Shown here: piece after piece, positions 8,736-18,395 of the stretch | Layout: each line of letters begins with the position of its first letter | How positions within the stretch are numbered: the first letter of the stretch is position 1 | Assembly (NCBI GenBank): GCA_965372515.1 | Contig: CBDVCO010000003.1 | Coordinates: 1-53,644 of the forward strand | Source of the DNA: an uncultured bacterium | Lineage (GTDB): Bacteria > Desulfobacterota > GWC2-55-46 > JAJCZF01 | Length of the DNA: 53,644 nt | Reading direction: 5' to 3' | The notes under the pieces: model-generated | Seen by the model: the letters and a program-made list of their open reading frames with translations, nothing else | Told to the model about the DNA's origin: nothing | The model's database searches: none | Translations under genes and position numbers: made by a program

Positions 8736-10553
8736 ATGAATATACTAGGGATTTCGGCATTTTATCATGATAGCGCGGCCGCGCTGGTCCGTGACGGAGA
8801 GATCAAAGCGGCGGCACAGGAAGAGCGTTTTACGCGCGTAAAGCACGACTTTGCCTTCCCCACAAAAGCAATCGAGTACTGCCTTGAGAGTAACGGGCTA
8901 ACTGCCAGCGATATCGACTACGTTACATTCTACGACAAGTCTTTCCTCAAGTTCGAACGTCTTCTTGAGACCTATCTCGCATACGCTCCTTTAGGAATTA
9001 AAAGCTTTATCAAAGCCATGCCGCTCTGGATAAAGAAGAAACTCTGGCTAAAGGACCTGATCGAGAAAGAGCTGGGATTTGAGGGCAAGATCATCTTCCC
9101 GGAACACCACGAAAGCCACGCGGCGAGCGCCTTTTACCCCTCCCCCTTTGAGGAGGCCGCCATACTGACCATGGACGGGGTCGGAGAGTGGACCACCACA
9201 AGCTACGGGGTCGGCAAGGGAAATACCATGGAGCTATTAGCCGACATACGCTTTCCCCATTCGCTTGGACTCCTCTACAGCGCCTTTACATACTATACCG
9301 GTTTCAGGGTCAACTCAGGCGAATATAAGGTCATGGGGCTCGCGCCATACGGCGAGCCCAAATATAAAGATAAGATCCTGGAGCATATCATAGACCTTAA
9401 AGATGACGGCTCCTTCATGCTCAACATGGAGTACTTCGATTTCTGCGCCGGACTAAAGATGACGAATAAGAAGTTCGACAGGCTCTTTGGCGGGCCCGCG
9501 AGAAAACCCGAAAGCCGTATCACCCAGAGGGAGATGGACCTCGCGCGCTCGGTTCAGGAGGTTACCGAAGAGGTCGTGCTTAGGATGGCTCGCCATATAA
9601 GAAAAGAGACAGGACAGAAGAACCTCTGTCTCGCCGGAGGCGTGGCGCTTAACTGCGTATCCAACGGCAAGTTGCTTCGTGAGGAGATATTCGACAATAT
9701 CTGGATACAACCCTCGGCCGGGGACGCCGGGGCCGCGCTTGGGGCGGCGCTCTTTGTCTGGCATAAATATCTGGGTAACGAGCGTAAAGCGGACGGCGTT
9801 AACGACAGCCAGAAAGGCTCTTATCTCGGCCCGGAATTCTCAGACGCGGATATTAGAAAATTCCTTACAGAGAAAGATATCCCCTTCCGGGAGCTAAGTG
9901 GGGAGGAACTCCCGGATATTGTAAGCGACCTTATCGCAAAGGAGTGCGCCATAGGCTGGTTCCAGGGCAAGATGGAATTCGGCCCCAGGGCGCTAGGAGC
10001 GAGATCTATCATCGGAGACGCCAGGAGCGCGAAGATGCAGGAGACAATGAATCTGAAGATAAAGTTTAGAGAGAGTTTCAGGCCGTTCGCCCCGTCGGTA
10101 CTCACCGAGAAGGTCTCCGACTATTTCGAGATGGAGGGCAAAAGCCCCTACATGCTCCTTGTGGCACCGGTAAAAAAAGAACGGAGAAAGCCCATGACCG
10201 AAGCTGAAGAGGCGCTCTTCGGGATAGAGAAGCTCAATATAGTCCGCTCGGACATTCCGGCGATAACGCACGTCGACTACTCGGCAAGGGTGCAGACGAT
10301 CGAGAAGGAGACAAACCCCGTCTACCATAAATTGGTCAGCGCGCTTGATAAGAGGCACGGCTCAGCCGTGATAGTGAATACATCTTTTAACGTTCGGGGA
10401 GAGCCTATAGTCTGCACGCCCCAGGACGCCTATCGCTGTTTTATGAGGACCGACATGGACTTTCTCTGCATGGGCAGTTTTCTGCTCGACAAGACGGAAC
10501 AAAAGCCCCTTACAAACGACACTGACTGGCAAAAGGAATTCGAACTGGATTAA
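8736..10553 (+). CDS. O-carbamoyltransferase, NodU/CmcH (SxtI-like) family
   Basis: MNILGISAFYHDSAA, QEERFTRVKH, EHHESHAASAF, DGVGEW, EYKVMGLAPYG, EFGPRALG, NTSFNVRGEP. Confidence 0.93.
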   Translation: MNILGISAFYHDSAAALVRDGEIKAAAQEERFTRVKHDFAFPTKAIEYCLESNGLTASDIDYVTFYDKSFLKFERLLETYLAYAPLGIKSFIKAMPLWIKKKLWLKDLIEKELGFEGKIIFPEHHESHAASAFYPSPFEEAAILTMDGVGEWTTTSYGVGKGNTMELLADIRFPHSLGLLYSAFTYYTGFRVNSGEYKVMGLAPYGEPKYKDKILEHIIDLKDDGSFMLNMEYFDFCAGLKMTNKKFDRLFGGPARKPESRITQREMDLARSVQEVTEEVVLRMARHIRKETGQKNLCLAGGVALNCVSNGKLLREEIFDNIWIQPSAGDAGAALGAALFVWHKYLGNERKADGVNDSQKGSYLGPEFSDADIRKFLTEKDIPFRELSGEELPDIVSDLIAKECAIGWFQGKMEFGPRALGARSIIGDARSAKMQETMNLKIKFRESFRPFAPSVLTEKVSDYFEMEGKSPYMLLVAPVKKERRKPMTEAEEALFGIEKLNIVRSDIPAITHVDYSARVQTIEKETNPVYHKLVSALDKRHGSAVIVNTSFNVRGEPIVCTPQDAYRCFMRTDMDFLCMGSFLLDKTEQKPLTNDTDWQKEFELD

Positions 10554-10588
10554 CGTGTCGCGTCATTTGACTCGACACTGGAGACACT

Positions 10589-11014
10589 ATGATAAAGACC
10601 ATCATAGGAGAGATAAAAGAGATCAAGAGCACGAAGAAGGAACTTCGTAACTTCGGCCTTGTCGTCGGCGGCGTGCTTATCGCCATAGGCGCGTTCCTCT
10701 TCTGGAAAGAGAGGCCGGCACACCCGTACTTCCTCATTATTGGCGGAGTACTTGTAGCCGCCGGGTTAATTCTCCCAGGCATATTAAAACCCTTTCAAAA
10801 GGTCTGGATGGGCTTTGCCGTGGTAATGGGCTTTTTTATGACCCGCGTGATACTGACCATCCTCTTCTTTCTTGTACTCACCCCCCTGGGCATAGTCGCA
10901 CGCCTAACGGGAAAACGCTTCCTCGAGCTAAAGCCCGACAAAACGAAAAAGAGCTACTGGAATATAAGGGAAACCAGGCCCCTTGACAAAAAAGAGTATG
11001 AAAGACAGTTCTAA
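10589..11014 (+). CDS. SxtJ family membrane protein
   Basis: LRNFG, TM segments, W(M)GF...LTP, SYW and terminal ERQF; lies after the carbamoyltransferase. Confidence 0.85.
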   Translation: MIKTIIGEIKEIKSTKKELRNFGLVVGGVLIAIGAFLFWKERPAHPYFLIIGGVLVAAGLILPGILKPFQKVWMGFAVVMGFFMTRVILTILFFLVLTPLGIVARLTGKRFLELKPDKTKKSYWNIRETRPLDKKEYERQF

Positions 11015-11055
11015 AAATGTTATTATTGAGTGACTTGATCTAAAGAGGAGATTCA

Positions 11056-11214
11056 ATGTCCAAGCTATCGATAATCGGAGAGTTCTGGGAGTTCATGAAG
11101 GTCAGGAAGAAGTGGTGGCTTTTGCCTATCGTCTTCGCCCTCGTCCTTATAGGCGCGCTCATAGTGCTCACCGAAGGCTCGGCAGTAGCACCGTTCATCT
11201 ATACGCTATTCTAG
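11056..11214 (+). CDS. SxtK-like small membrane protein (DUF5989), 52 aa
   Basis: Below the ORF-track cutoff: MSKLSIIGEFWEFMKVRKKWWLLPIVFALVLIGALIVLTEGSAVAPFIYTLF; AGAGGAG RBS. Confidence 0.9.
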   Translation: MSKLSIIGEFWEFMKVRKKWWLLPIVFALVLIGALIVLTEGSAVAPFIYTLF

Positions 11215-11277
11215 TGGCGCGCGCTTCTGAAAGGACGCGCGCGAACTACTATCCAACCCATTCATCCAAACTGCGGA

Positions 11278-12810
11278 TCACACAAGCGGCTCACCGTCCA
11301 TCTCTTTCGGGATATCTATCCCCATGATCTTTAAGATGGTCGGGGCAATATCCTTTAGCCCCGCCCCATCTCTCATAGAGATATCCTTATAATCGTCGTC
11401 AACCAGGATAAACGGCACGAGGTTGGTCGAGTGGGCGGTTATAGCCTCTTTATTGGAGGTCTCGATCATCTCTTCGGAGTTTCCGTGGTCTGAAGTTATA
11501 AGGATCGTAAAGCCCATCTCCCGGGCGGCCTCAGTCACAATGCCCACCCCCCTGTCAACTGCCTCGCACCCCTTAACCGCCGCTTCCAGTATACCGCTGT
11601 GGCCGACCATGTCGCCGTTTGCGAAATTCAGGAGCACAAAACCCGCCCGGCCCTCCCTTATCTTTACTGCGGCCGCCTCGGCTATCTCAATAGCGCGCAT
11701 CTCGGGTCTCTCGTCGTAAGTCGCGACCTCCCTGTCGGAATCTATCAACTGCCTCTCCTCAAGCGGATAGGGTTTTTCAACACCGCAGTTAAAGAAGAAG
11801 GTCACATGCGCGTACTTCTCTGTCTCGCTCACCCTGAACTGCTCTACCTTATTTCGGCTTAGCACCTCGGAGAGAATATTTACGGGACTCTCCCTGGTAA
11901 ATAGCATTGGAAGCGCAAACTCCGCTCCGTAATCGGTCATGGTAATAAAGCCCTTGAGTGCGGGCCTGCCCTTGACGTCGAATCCGTCAAAACCCTCTTC
12001 AGTAAACGCGCGCGTGAGCTCTCTGGCCCTGTCCGCCCTGAAGTTAAAGAAGAAAACCGTATCGCCGTCCGAGAGCTTTACGCCGCCTCCTTTACTCGAA
12101 TCGACAACCGTCGGTTTTACAAACTCGTCGTTCTCTCCCCTCTCGTATGCCATTGTGACCGCCTCTTCTGGGGTAGCGGCCCCAAACCCCTCATTGCTTA
12201 CAATGGCCTTATAGGCGGTCTCCACACGCTCCCAGCGCGTATCCCTGTCCATGGCCCAGTAGCGCCCCGTAACGGTAGCTACACTTCCCGCTCCAATCTT
12301 CGCTATCTGTTCTGTAAGCTCCTCTATAAACCCGAGGCCGCTACGGGGAGGGGTGTCCCTGCCGTCAAGAAAGGCGTGAATATAGATATCGGTAAGGCCG
12401 ATCTCACGAGCAAGTTCAAGGACCGCATAGAGGTGGGTGTTGTGGCTGTGTACGCCGCCATCGGAAAGAAGGCCCATTACGTGAAAGGCGCCGCCCGCCT
12501 CACGCGCCGCCTCCATGGCCTCCCTCAGTACCTTGTTCGCCTTAAAGCTCTTGTCCTCGACAGCCCTGTTTATCCTCGTTAGCTCCTGGAATATTACGCG
12601 CCCCGCGCCCATGGTCATATGGCCCACCTCGGAGTTGCCCATCTGTCCATCGGGCAATCCCACACTAGCGCCCGAGCACCCAAGCGCTGTGTGCGGATAT
12701 CTAACGCTAAGCCCGTCGAGCACGGGGGTATCGGCCAAGGCCGTGGCATTACCCTCTCTATCGGGATTAACGCCCCAGCCGTCCATTACTATAAGGCATA
12801 TTGATTTCAT
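11278..12810 (-). CDS. gpmI: 2,3-bisphosphoglycerate-independent phosphoglycerate mutase
   Basis: MDGWG, GQMGNSEVGH, DGRDT, RYWAMDRD, ETEKYAHVT, DMVGH, SDHGN. Confidence 0.97.
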   Translation of the reverse strand: MKSICLIVMDGWGVNPDREGNATALADTPVLDGLSVRYPHTALGCSGASVGLPDGQMGNSEVGHMTMGAGRVIFQELTRINRAVEDKSFKANKVLREAMEAAREAGGAFHVMGLLSDGGVHSHNTHLYAVLELAREIGLTDIYIHAFLDGRDTPPRSGLGFIEELTEQIAKIGAGSVATVTGRYWAMDRDTRWERVETAYKAIVSNEGFGAATPEEAVTMAYERGENDEFVKPTVVDSSKGGGVKLSDGDTVFFFNFRADRARELTRAFTEEGFDGFDVKGRPALKGFITMTDYGAEFALPMLFTRESPVNILSEVLSRNKVEQFRVSETEKYAHVTFFFNCGVEKPYPLEERQLIDSDREVATYDERPEMRAIEIAEAAAVKIREGRAGFVLLNFANGDMVGHSGILEAAVKGCEAVDRGVGIVTEAAREMGFTILITSDHGNSEEMIETSNKEAITAHSTNLVPFILVDDDYKDISMRDGAGLKDIAPTILKIMGIDIPKEMDGEPLV

Positions 12811-14174
12811 TTGATAAGGCTCAGGTTGGAAAAGTCCTCAGGCGGGTTGTCCCTTCTAACGGCCACGGTCCTGTTGACCTTAAAACTGTTCCATTGATCG
12901 CACTTCGGGCATCTGGCAAGCCACTTGTCAGTTGCAAAGCCGCAAGGGGAGCATGAAAAACTCGGCTGCGGCACGTCGTCGAGCTTAAGGGCCTTCTTAA
13001 AAAGACGCGCCGCCCTATCGCTCTGCCCCTGCCTCATATAGGTCTCTGCCAGGAGCAGTTCCAGATAGTAGCTACCCTCGAGGTCGTTTTGAATACGTTC
13101 AAACTCTTTTGCCGCCTCGTCGATCATCTCCAGGCGCAAGTAGAGACGGGCGAGGAAGATACTGATATCTATGTCGCGCGGCCTTGTGGCGAGCGCGCTC
13201 TTATAGAGATCGATCGCGCCCTGCGGATCGGAACGGGCGATATAGAGGTCTTCGAGCTTCAGGAGAAAGACCGGGTCGCCGGTCATCTCAAAACCGCGTT
13301 CCCAGAGTCTGGCCGTGCTATTGGAAATGCCTTGCCTGAGCATTATCTCGCCATGGAGTATATGGGCCGGCACAAAGGAGCCGTCGCTCTTTACTATCTC
13401 CTTTAATAGCGAGATGGCGCTATTAAAGTCATCCTTACCCGCTCTTAAAAGGGCCTCCTCATAGAGAAAACCCCTCAAGCGGGCCTCCTCACTGGCCATC
13501 TCGCTCTCCAGCCCCTTGCCCTTTATGGCGTAGATGAGCTTCCTTTGATATTCTATGGCGTCTTTCCACTCCTGCCCAGACTTAGCCATCTCTACAAGTC
13601 CGCGCAGCGCGTCCGGGTTTGCGGAATCGATCTTCAATATTTCGCCTAACGCCATCTTTAGCCTTACCGTATCACCCGCCTCCCCGGAGATATGCGCGAT
13701 CCTTGAGAGTACATCGATAGATTCCGGGTTATTGACATATCCCTTCTCGAGTGTAGCCAACGCGTCCCGATAGGAACCCTCCGCAGTGTAGGCATCCGAG
13801 AGGCGCAGATAGATATCAACACCTGAGGGGTCCGCATCAAGCACCCTTATAAAATACTGCCTCGCCTTCTTGATATTTCCCTTGTTAAAGGCCACAATCC
13901 CCAGGCGGTAGTTCGAGAGCATACTCTCAACGGCGCGCTTATCTTTTCTTACCTGCATTTCGCGAACGGCACGGCGCATATCCGAGACAATGATATTGAT
14001 GACCAGAAGCACAAGGCCGACGAGAAAGCCCCCGGTGACGAGATAGGTCGTTGGGAGCGTATACCTGATATCCTTATTCAAGGCAAACTCCACATCGATT
14101 GGATTTATATTGTGCAGATAGAAGAAGACGCCGAAGATAACGACGACTATGATGAGCAGTCCCTTTACGTGCAT
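12807..14174 (-). CDS. lapB: LapA-LapB-like fusion: N-terminal 2-TM LapA-like domain, TPR repeats, C-terminal rubredoxin
   Basis: TM-N-loop-TM N-terminus, multiple TPRs, and FSCSPCGF...WLARCPKCDQWNS. Confidence 0.75.
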   Translation of the reverse strand: MHVKGLLIIVVVIFGVFFYLHNINPIDVEFALNKDIRYTLPTTYLVTGGFLVGLVLLVINIIVSDMRRAVREMQVRKDKRAVESMLSNYRLGIVAFNKGNIKKARQYFIRVLDADPSGVDIYLRLSDAYTAEGSYRDALATLEKGYVNNPESIDVLSRIAHISGEAGDTVRLKMALGEILKIDSANPDALRGLVEMAKSGQEWKDAIEYQRKLIYAIKGKGLESEMASEEARLRGFLYEEALLRAGKDDFNSAISLLKEIVKSDGSFVPAHILHGEIMLRQGISNSTARLWERGFEMTGDPVFLLKLEDLYIARSDPQGAIDLYKSALATRPRDIDISIFLARLYLRLEMIDEAAKEFERIQNDLEGSYYLELLLAETYMRQGQSDRAARLFKKALKLDDVPQPSFSCSPCGFATDKWLARCPKCDQWNSFKVNRTVAVRRDNPPEDFSNLSLIK

Positions 14175-14204
14175 AAATTCCCCGTGCCCTTATTAAAAGT
14201 GTCA

Positions 14205-14675
14205 CTAGTGTGAATAGGGCTCGCCCCTGATGATCGTAAAGGCCCTGTAGACCTGTTCCGCGATCACGAGCCTCGCTAGCTCATGGGGTAATGTTAGTGT
14301 AGAGAGCGAAAGACTTCTCTGGGCCCTTTCCAATACGCTATCATGGAGGCCGTAAGAGCCGCCTGTTATAAAGACCAGCCGCTTTGTGGAACCTGAGAGC
14401 GCGCGTTCGATAACGCTTGCGAACTCCTTTGTAGAGAGTGAATCGCCTTCAATGGTAAGGGCATATACAAGGTCGCCATCCTTTATCTTTTCAAGGAGCC
14501 GTGCGCCCTCTTTCCTCTGTACGTCCACAACCGGGGCCCTGGAGGTACCCAGCCCTTCCTTGACCTCGATCTCTTCCACCTTCAGGTATCTCTTGATCCT
14601 CGAGACAAAATCTACGAAACCCTCTTTGATATAACCCTTCTTTAGTGCCCCAACGGATAGAAAGACGATCTTCAA
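14205..14675 (-). CDS. rlmH: 23S rRNA pseudouridine-1915 N3-methyltransferase
   Basis: FITGGSYGL, LSLSTLTLPHELARL, EQVYRAFTIIRGEPYSH. Confidence 0.95.
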   Translation of the reverse strand: MKIVFLSVGALKKGYIKEGFVDFVSRIKRYLKVEEIEVKEGLGTSRAPVVDVQRKEGARLLEKIKDGDLVYALTIEGDSLSTKEFASVIERALSGSTKRLVFITGGSYGLHDSVLERAQRSLSLSTLTLPHELARLVIAEQVYRAFTIIRGEPYSH

Positions 14676-15049
14676 GTTCGCTCCGCCTCTTTGAGCTTGC
14701 CTCTTTCAAGCCCAATATCAATTCGCGGGGCGTCGGCCCAGAGCCCGTCGATATCATAGTAGAGCCTCATCTCTTCCAGGAATATATGGAATATAACGTC
14801 GCCGTAGTCAACGAGCACCCAGCGGCCGTGCGAGAGCCCCTCTACGCCAAGCGGCCTTAATCCAACATTCTTGCTCTCCTCTACCGTGAATTGCGCCGCG
14901 GCCCGAACCTGTCTTTCGGAGGCCCCTGAGCAGAGCACAATATAGTCCGCAATAGAAGAGAGTTCGCCGATAAAGATAACCGCGATATCTAACGCACCCT
15001 TCTCGTCAACAAACTTTGCCAGTTTAAGCGCTTTTTCCCTGGAATCCAG
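14672..15049 (-). CDS. rsfS: Ribosome silencing factor, probable CTG start
   Basis: Frame extends to (M)DSREKALKLAKFVDEKGALDIAVIFIGELSSIADYIVLCSGASERQV...WVLVDYGDVIFHIF...YDIDGLW. An in-frame TAG lies two codons upstream of CTG 15049, and a GGAGG lies 10 nt upstream. Confidence 0.88.
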   Translation of the reverse strand: MDSREKALKLAKFVDEKGALDIAVIFIGELSSIADYIVLCSGASERQVRAAAQFTVEESKNVGLRPLGVEGLSHGRWVLVDYGDVIFHIFLEEMRLYYDIDGLWADAPRIDIGLERGKLKEAERT

Positions 15050-15075
15050 TTTCTACCTACCTCCCATCTCCTGAA

Positions 15076-15723
15076 CTACTCTCTATAGAGCCCATTTTCC
15101 TTTATATAATCAATGACTTTATCGGGCATGAGGTGTTTAAGCCCCTCCCCCCGAGCAATGAGATCACGGATCATGGATGACGATATATCGACACTGGCAG
15201 AATCGAGAAACTTTATGAACCTGCCCTCAGGACTTTTAAAGACGTCATCTTTGGAATCATAACAAAAGGAACCGGCTAATTCAACCGGCAGGACCTCGCT
15301 GATCTCCTTAAGCTCCATGCCGGCCCTCCCTATGACCACCAGATTGGCGAGCTCGATTATCTCCAGATATCGGTGCCAGGAACTGAACTCGTTGAAGGAA
15401 TCGGTGCCGATAACGAGCGAGACTTCGGGCCTTGGGGAATATGTATCAAAAATTTCAGTCAGGGTATCGATGGTATAGGAGACACCCCCCCTGTCGACCT
15501 CCATCGTTGAGAGAGCGAAGGCCGGATTGCCCTCTATAGCCAGGCGAAGCATCTCCACTCGGTGGACGGCCGGAACTAAGGAGGTTTGATCCTTATGCGG
15601 GGGCGTGGATACGGGTATAAAGAGCGCCTTGTCGGCCTGGGTGTTCGCGAGCACAGCTTCGGCGCCCCTCAAATGGCCGTAATGGACGGGGTTGAAGGTA
15701 CCCCCGAAGATCGCTAGATGCAT
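15076..15723 (-). CDS. nadD: Nicotinate-nucleotide adenylyltransferase
   Basis: FGGTFNPVHYGH, PPHK, SYTIDT, IGTDS, ISSS. Confidence 0.96.
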   Translation of the reverse strand: MHLAIFGGTFNPVHYGHLRGAEAVLANTQADKALFIPVSTPPHKDQTSLVPAVHRVEMLRLAIEGNPAFALSTMEVDRGGVSYTIDTLTEIFDTYSPRPEVSLVIGTDSFNEFSSWHRYLEIIELANLVVIGRAGMELKEISEVLPVELAGSFCYDSKDDVFKSPEGRFIKFLDSASVDISSSMIRDLIARGEGLKHLMPDKVIDYIKENGLYRE

Positions 15724-15729
15724 ATAAAT

Positions 15730-15758
15730 ATGCTAACGAATTGAAATATTTGTGTCAA
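15730..15758 (-). promoter_or_regulatory. sigma70 promoter of the nadD operon (leaderless geometry)
   Basis: TTGACA-N17-TAGCAT, 6 nt before the ATG at 15723. Confidence 0.6.
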
Positions 15759-15872
15759 TGCTTTTACCGGTCTACGATAGCGTAAATAAAAGCAACAACG
15801 CGTACCAGGAAGCCTTGTACTCAAGTTGCGTTACGTTGCGCGAATATAAAACCGGCCCTGCCGGCTCTTGAG

Positions 15873-15901
15873 TTGCCAATGACCGGGCCTTGTAGTATTA
15901 T
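15873..15901 (+). promoter_or_regulatory. sigma70 promoter of rarA (leaderless geometry)
   Basis: TTGCCA-N17-TATTAT, 6 nt before the ATG at 15908. Confidence 0.55.
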
Positions 15902-15907
15902 CAGGTG

Positions 15908-17236
15908 ATGGAACTCTTTGATAGAGAAGATAGTGGGAAGCAGCCCCATGGGGCCGCTTCCTCGCCGCTAGCCGACAGGATGCGCCCGCGCGCTCTAAGC
16001 GAGGTCGTTGGCCAAGAGCATCTCTTGGGCGCGGAGAAGATCATAGAGCGTTCCTTAGAAGGAGGCGCCCTTCCTTCTCTTATTTTATGGGGCCCTCCGG
16101 GGAGCGGAAAGACCACGCTCGGCAGGATAATAGCTGAAAATTCCGGAGCGCAGTTCGTCGCCTTCTCTGCCGTACTCTCCGGCGTTAAGCACGTACGCGA
16201 AGTTATAAAGAGGGCAAAAGAGGCACAGAGGATGGATAAAAAGACCGTCCTCTTCGTGGACGAGATACACCGTTTCAATAAGGGCCAGCAGGACGCCTTC
16301 CTTCACCACGTGGAGGACGGCACGATAACCCTTATCGGGGCTACGACCGAGAACCCCTCCTTTGAGATAAACGCGCCGCTTCTCTCCAGATGTAAGGTGC
16401 TGGTCTTGAATAAGCTCAAGGCCGAAGATATAGAGGCCATTCTAAATAACGCGCTAAAGGATTCTAAGAGGGGCCTTGGGCAGATGAACGCCTCTTTGCC
16501 GGATGATATTATAGAGATTATCGCCGCAGGTGCCGACGGAGACGCCAGGTGGGCGCTCAATACGCTGGAGAGCGCGGTGATGATGACCGGGCCCGACGAA
16601 AAGGGCCTAAGGCTTGTAACAAAAGAGACCACTGAAGAGGCCATGCAAAAAAAGGCTCTTCTTTACGACAAGGGCGCTGAAGAACACTACAACGTCATTT
16701 CCGCCTTTATCAAATCCATGCGCGGCAGCGACCCGGACGCCGCGATATACTGGCTCGCGAGGATGGTAGAGGCCGGAGAGGACCCGCTCTTTATAGCAAG
16801 GAGGATGGTCATATTCGCTTCCGAAGATATTGGTAACGCAGACCCGCGCGCGCTTAGCGTTGCGCTTGGCGTTAAGGACTCTGTGCACTTCGTCGGTATG
16901 CCCGAAGGCTTTATCCCGCTCTCACAGGGGGCGGCCTACTTGGCCACAGCGCCAAAGAGCAACGCCTCATATATGGCATACAAGACGGCAAAAAAAGACA
17001 TTAAGGAAACCGGCGCCCTCCCAGTGCCGCTGCACATCAGGAACGCGCCGACAAAACTCATGAAGGGGCTGGGGTACGGTAAGGATTACCAGTACCCGCA
17101 CGATTATGAAGGCGGACATGTAGAGGAAGACTACCTGCCCGAGCGTCTTACGAAGAGAAGATACTATCGCCCGACGGAGAGGGGCTATGAGGCCACGATA
17201 AGAAAGCTCATGAAAGAGAGAAAGAAGAAGGAGTAA
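15908..17236 (+). CDS. rarA: Replication-associated recombination protein A (RarA/MgsA AAA+ ATPase)
   Basis: PLADRMRP, GPPGSGKTT, VDEIHRFNK, GATTENP, SAFIKSMRGSD, SEDIGNADP. Confidence 0.96.
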   Translation: MELFDREDSGKQPHGAASSPLADRMRPRALSEVVGQEHLLGAEKIIERSLEGGALPSLILWGPPGSGKTTLGRIIAENSGAQFVAFSAVLSGVKHVREVIKRAKEAQRMDKKTVLFVDEIHRFNKGQQDAFLHHVEDGTITLIGATTENPSFEINAPLLSRCKVLVLNKLKAEDIEAILNNALKDSKRGLGQMNASLPDDIIEIIAAGADGDARWALNTLESAVMMTGPDEKGLRLVTKETTEEAMQKKALLYDKGAEEHYNVISAFIKSMRGSDPDAAIYWLARMVEAGEDPLFIARRMVIFASEDIGNADPRALSVALGVKDSVHFVGMPEGFIPLSQGAAYLATAPKSNASYMAYKTAKKDIKETGALPVPLHIRNAPTKLMKGLGYGKDYQYPHDYEGGHVEEDYLPERLTKRRYYRPTERGYEATIRKLMKERKKKE

Positions 17237-17250
17237 AGCATCGCGACACC

Positions 17251-17427
17251 AGTGTCGCGTCAAGCGTATATTGTCGCATTCAGCGAAACGAGAAGCGGTT
17301 AGCTGCAAGGCGCATGAGCGTAGGACTAGTGATAACTACTTCAAGCGATATGCAACACAGCAGATGACCGTTTATCGTCTCGCCCGAAGGGTTTCTGAGT
17401 GTGGCAATATGCGCTTGACCCGACACT
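17251..17427 (+). repeat. Foldback / MITE-like element, copy 1 (about 33-bp terminal inverted repeats)
   Basis: AGTGTCGCGTCAAGCGTATATTGTCGCATTCAG ... CTGAGTGTGGCAATATGCGCTTGACCCGACACT. It shares ends and internal motifs with 36229-36494. Confidence 0.8.
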
Positions 17428-17429
17428 AA

Positions 17430-18209
17430 CTACCTCTTCTTCATATATGTCACGTATAGAAAGACTATCGCCCCGATTGGAATGGCGTAGGTGATGTAGT
17501 ATGCGCCGGACGGGCCGTCCCTCAGGCCCGGGGCCCAGATGCTCGAGATGCTTATTATATTATAGGCCACCTTGCCGCTCGTCCAGTTGATACTGACATT
17601 GCCGATACCGACCAGAATGAATACCGCCCAGAGCCACATGGCGGCGTGCTCCCTTGTCCGTACGCAGAGATAGAGGGCAAAGAGAGAGAAGAGCGGGAAG
17701 ATGATCGCCAGGGCGAGCATCATATAGTGGATCATGGACTTATTCTCAAAGGTAAAGGCGTTGATCTCTTTTAGCGGCCTATTAAGCGGCTCCACATAGA
17801 CGCCTATAATATAGCGCTTACCCTCCATATAATCGACCGCGATATTCGCGACCCCCCACGAATCCTTGAATATCAATTCATAGGTAAACTGGCTCCTCTG
17901 GTTATCCTGTATGAGCGCCTTGAGGTTGGAGTATCTAACGAGGTTTATCTCCTTCAACTCGTCCTTGCTCATGAGCCCGGCGACCTCGATGAACTTCTCC
18001 TTCACCCCGTCGTTCATCTCAAGCTTCGGGTCCATGAGATTTATCGCGCCGTCGACGTCGTTCTTTGCAAGTGTCTCCAGGAGTACTCTCGCGAGATGGT
18101 CGCTCTTTTCGGGAAGCGGCTTCATTACAAGCTCAATGGGGTCGCAACCCACGCACGCGACAAGGAGGACGATGAGTGTCAGGATTTTTGTTAGATTCTT
18201 TTTAAACAT
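17430..18209 (-). CDS. Hypothetical lipoprotein / membrane protein
   Basis: Lipobox-like LLVACVGC signal, a soluble domain, then three C-terminal TMs. Confidence 0.65.
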   Translation of the reverse strand: MFKKNLTKILTLIVLLVACVGCDPIELVMKPLPEKSDHLARVLLETLAKNDVDGAINLMDPKLEMNDGVKEKFIEVAGLMSKDELKEINLVRYSNLKALIQDNQRSQFTYELIFKDSWGVANIAVDYMEGKRYIIGVYVEPLNRPLKEINAFTFENKSMIHYMMLALAIIFPLFSLFALYLCVRTREHAAMWLWAVFILVGIGNVSINWTSGKVAYNIISISSIWAPGLRDGPSGAYYITYAIPIGAIVFLYVTYMKKR

Positions 18210-18356
18210 AGAAGACCCTTCTCCGCCCCAAAACGGGGCTCAAAAGGAGAGAGTATACAACATCTGAGGAAAAAGTACGATAAGTTTCTTGTGGGTTGTG
18301 GGAATAAGAGGGGAAGAGTTCATGTAAGCGGAGCTTATATCTATCATACAGGTAAG

Positions 18357-18389
18357 CCGCGCCGGGCGGGCTGGGCCCGCCCGGCGCGG
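18357..18389. repeat. Perfect 15-bp all-GC hairpin just after the stop of the beta-barrel gene
   Basis: CCGCGCCGGGCGGGC-TGG-GCCCGCCCGGCGCGG, with no U-tract. Confidence 0.7.
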
Positions 18390-18395
18390 GCTCCC

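Noticed and set aside
8736-11214. Saxitoxin biosynthesis cluster
   Set aside because: Only sxtI/J/K-like genes are present; no sxtA, sxtG or other core genes. The triad is widespread.
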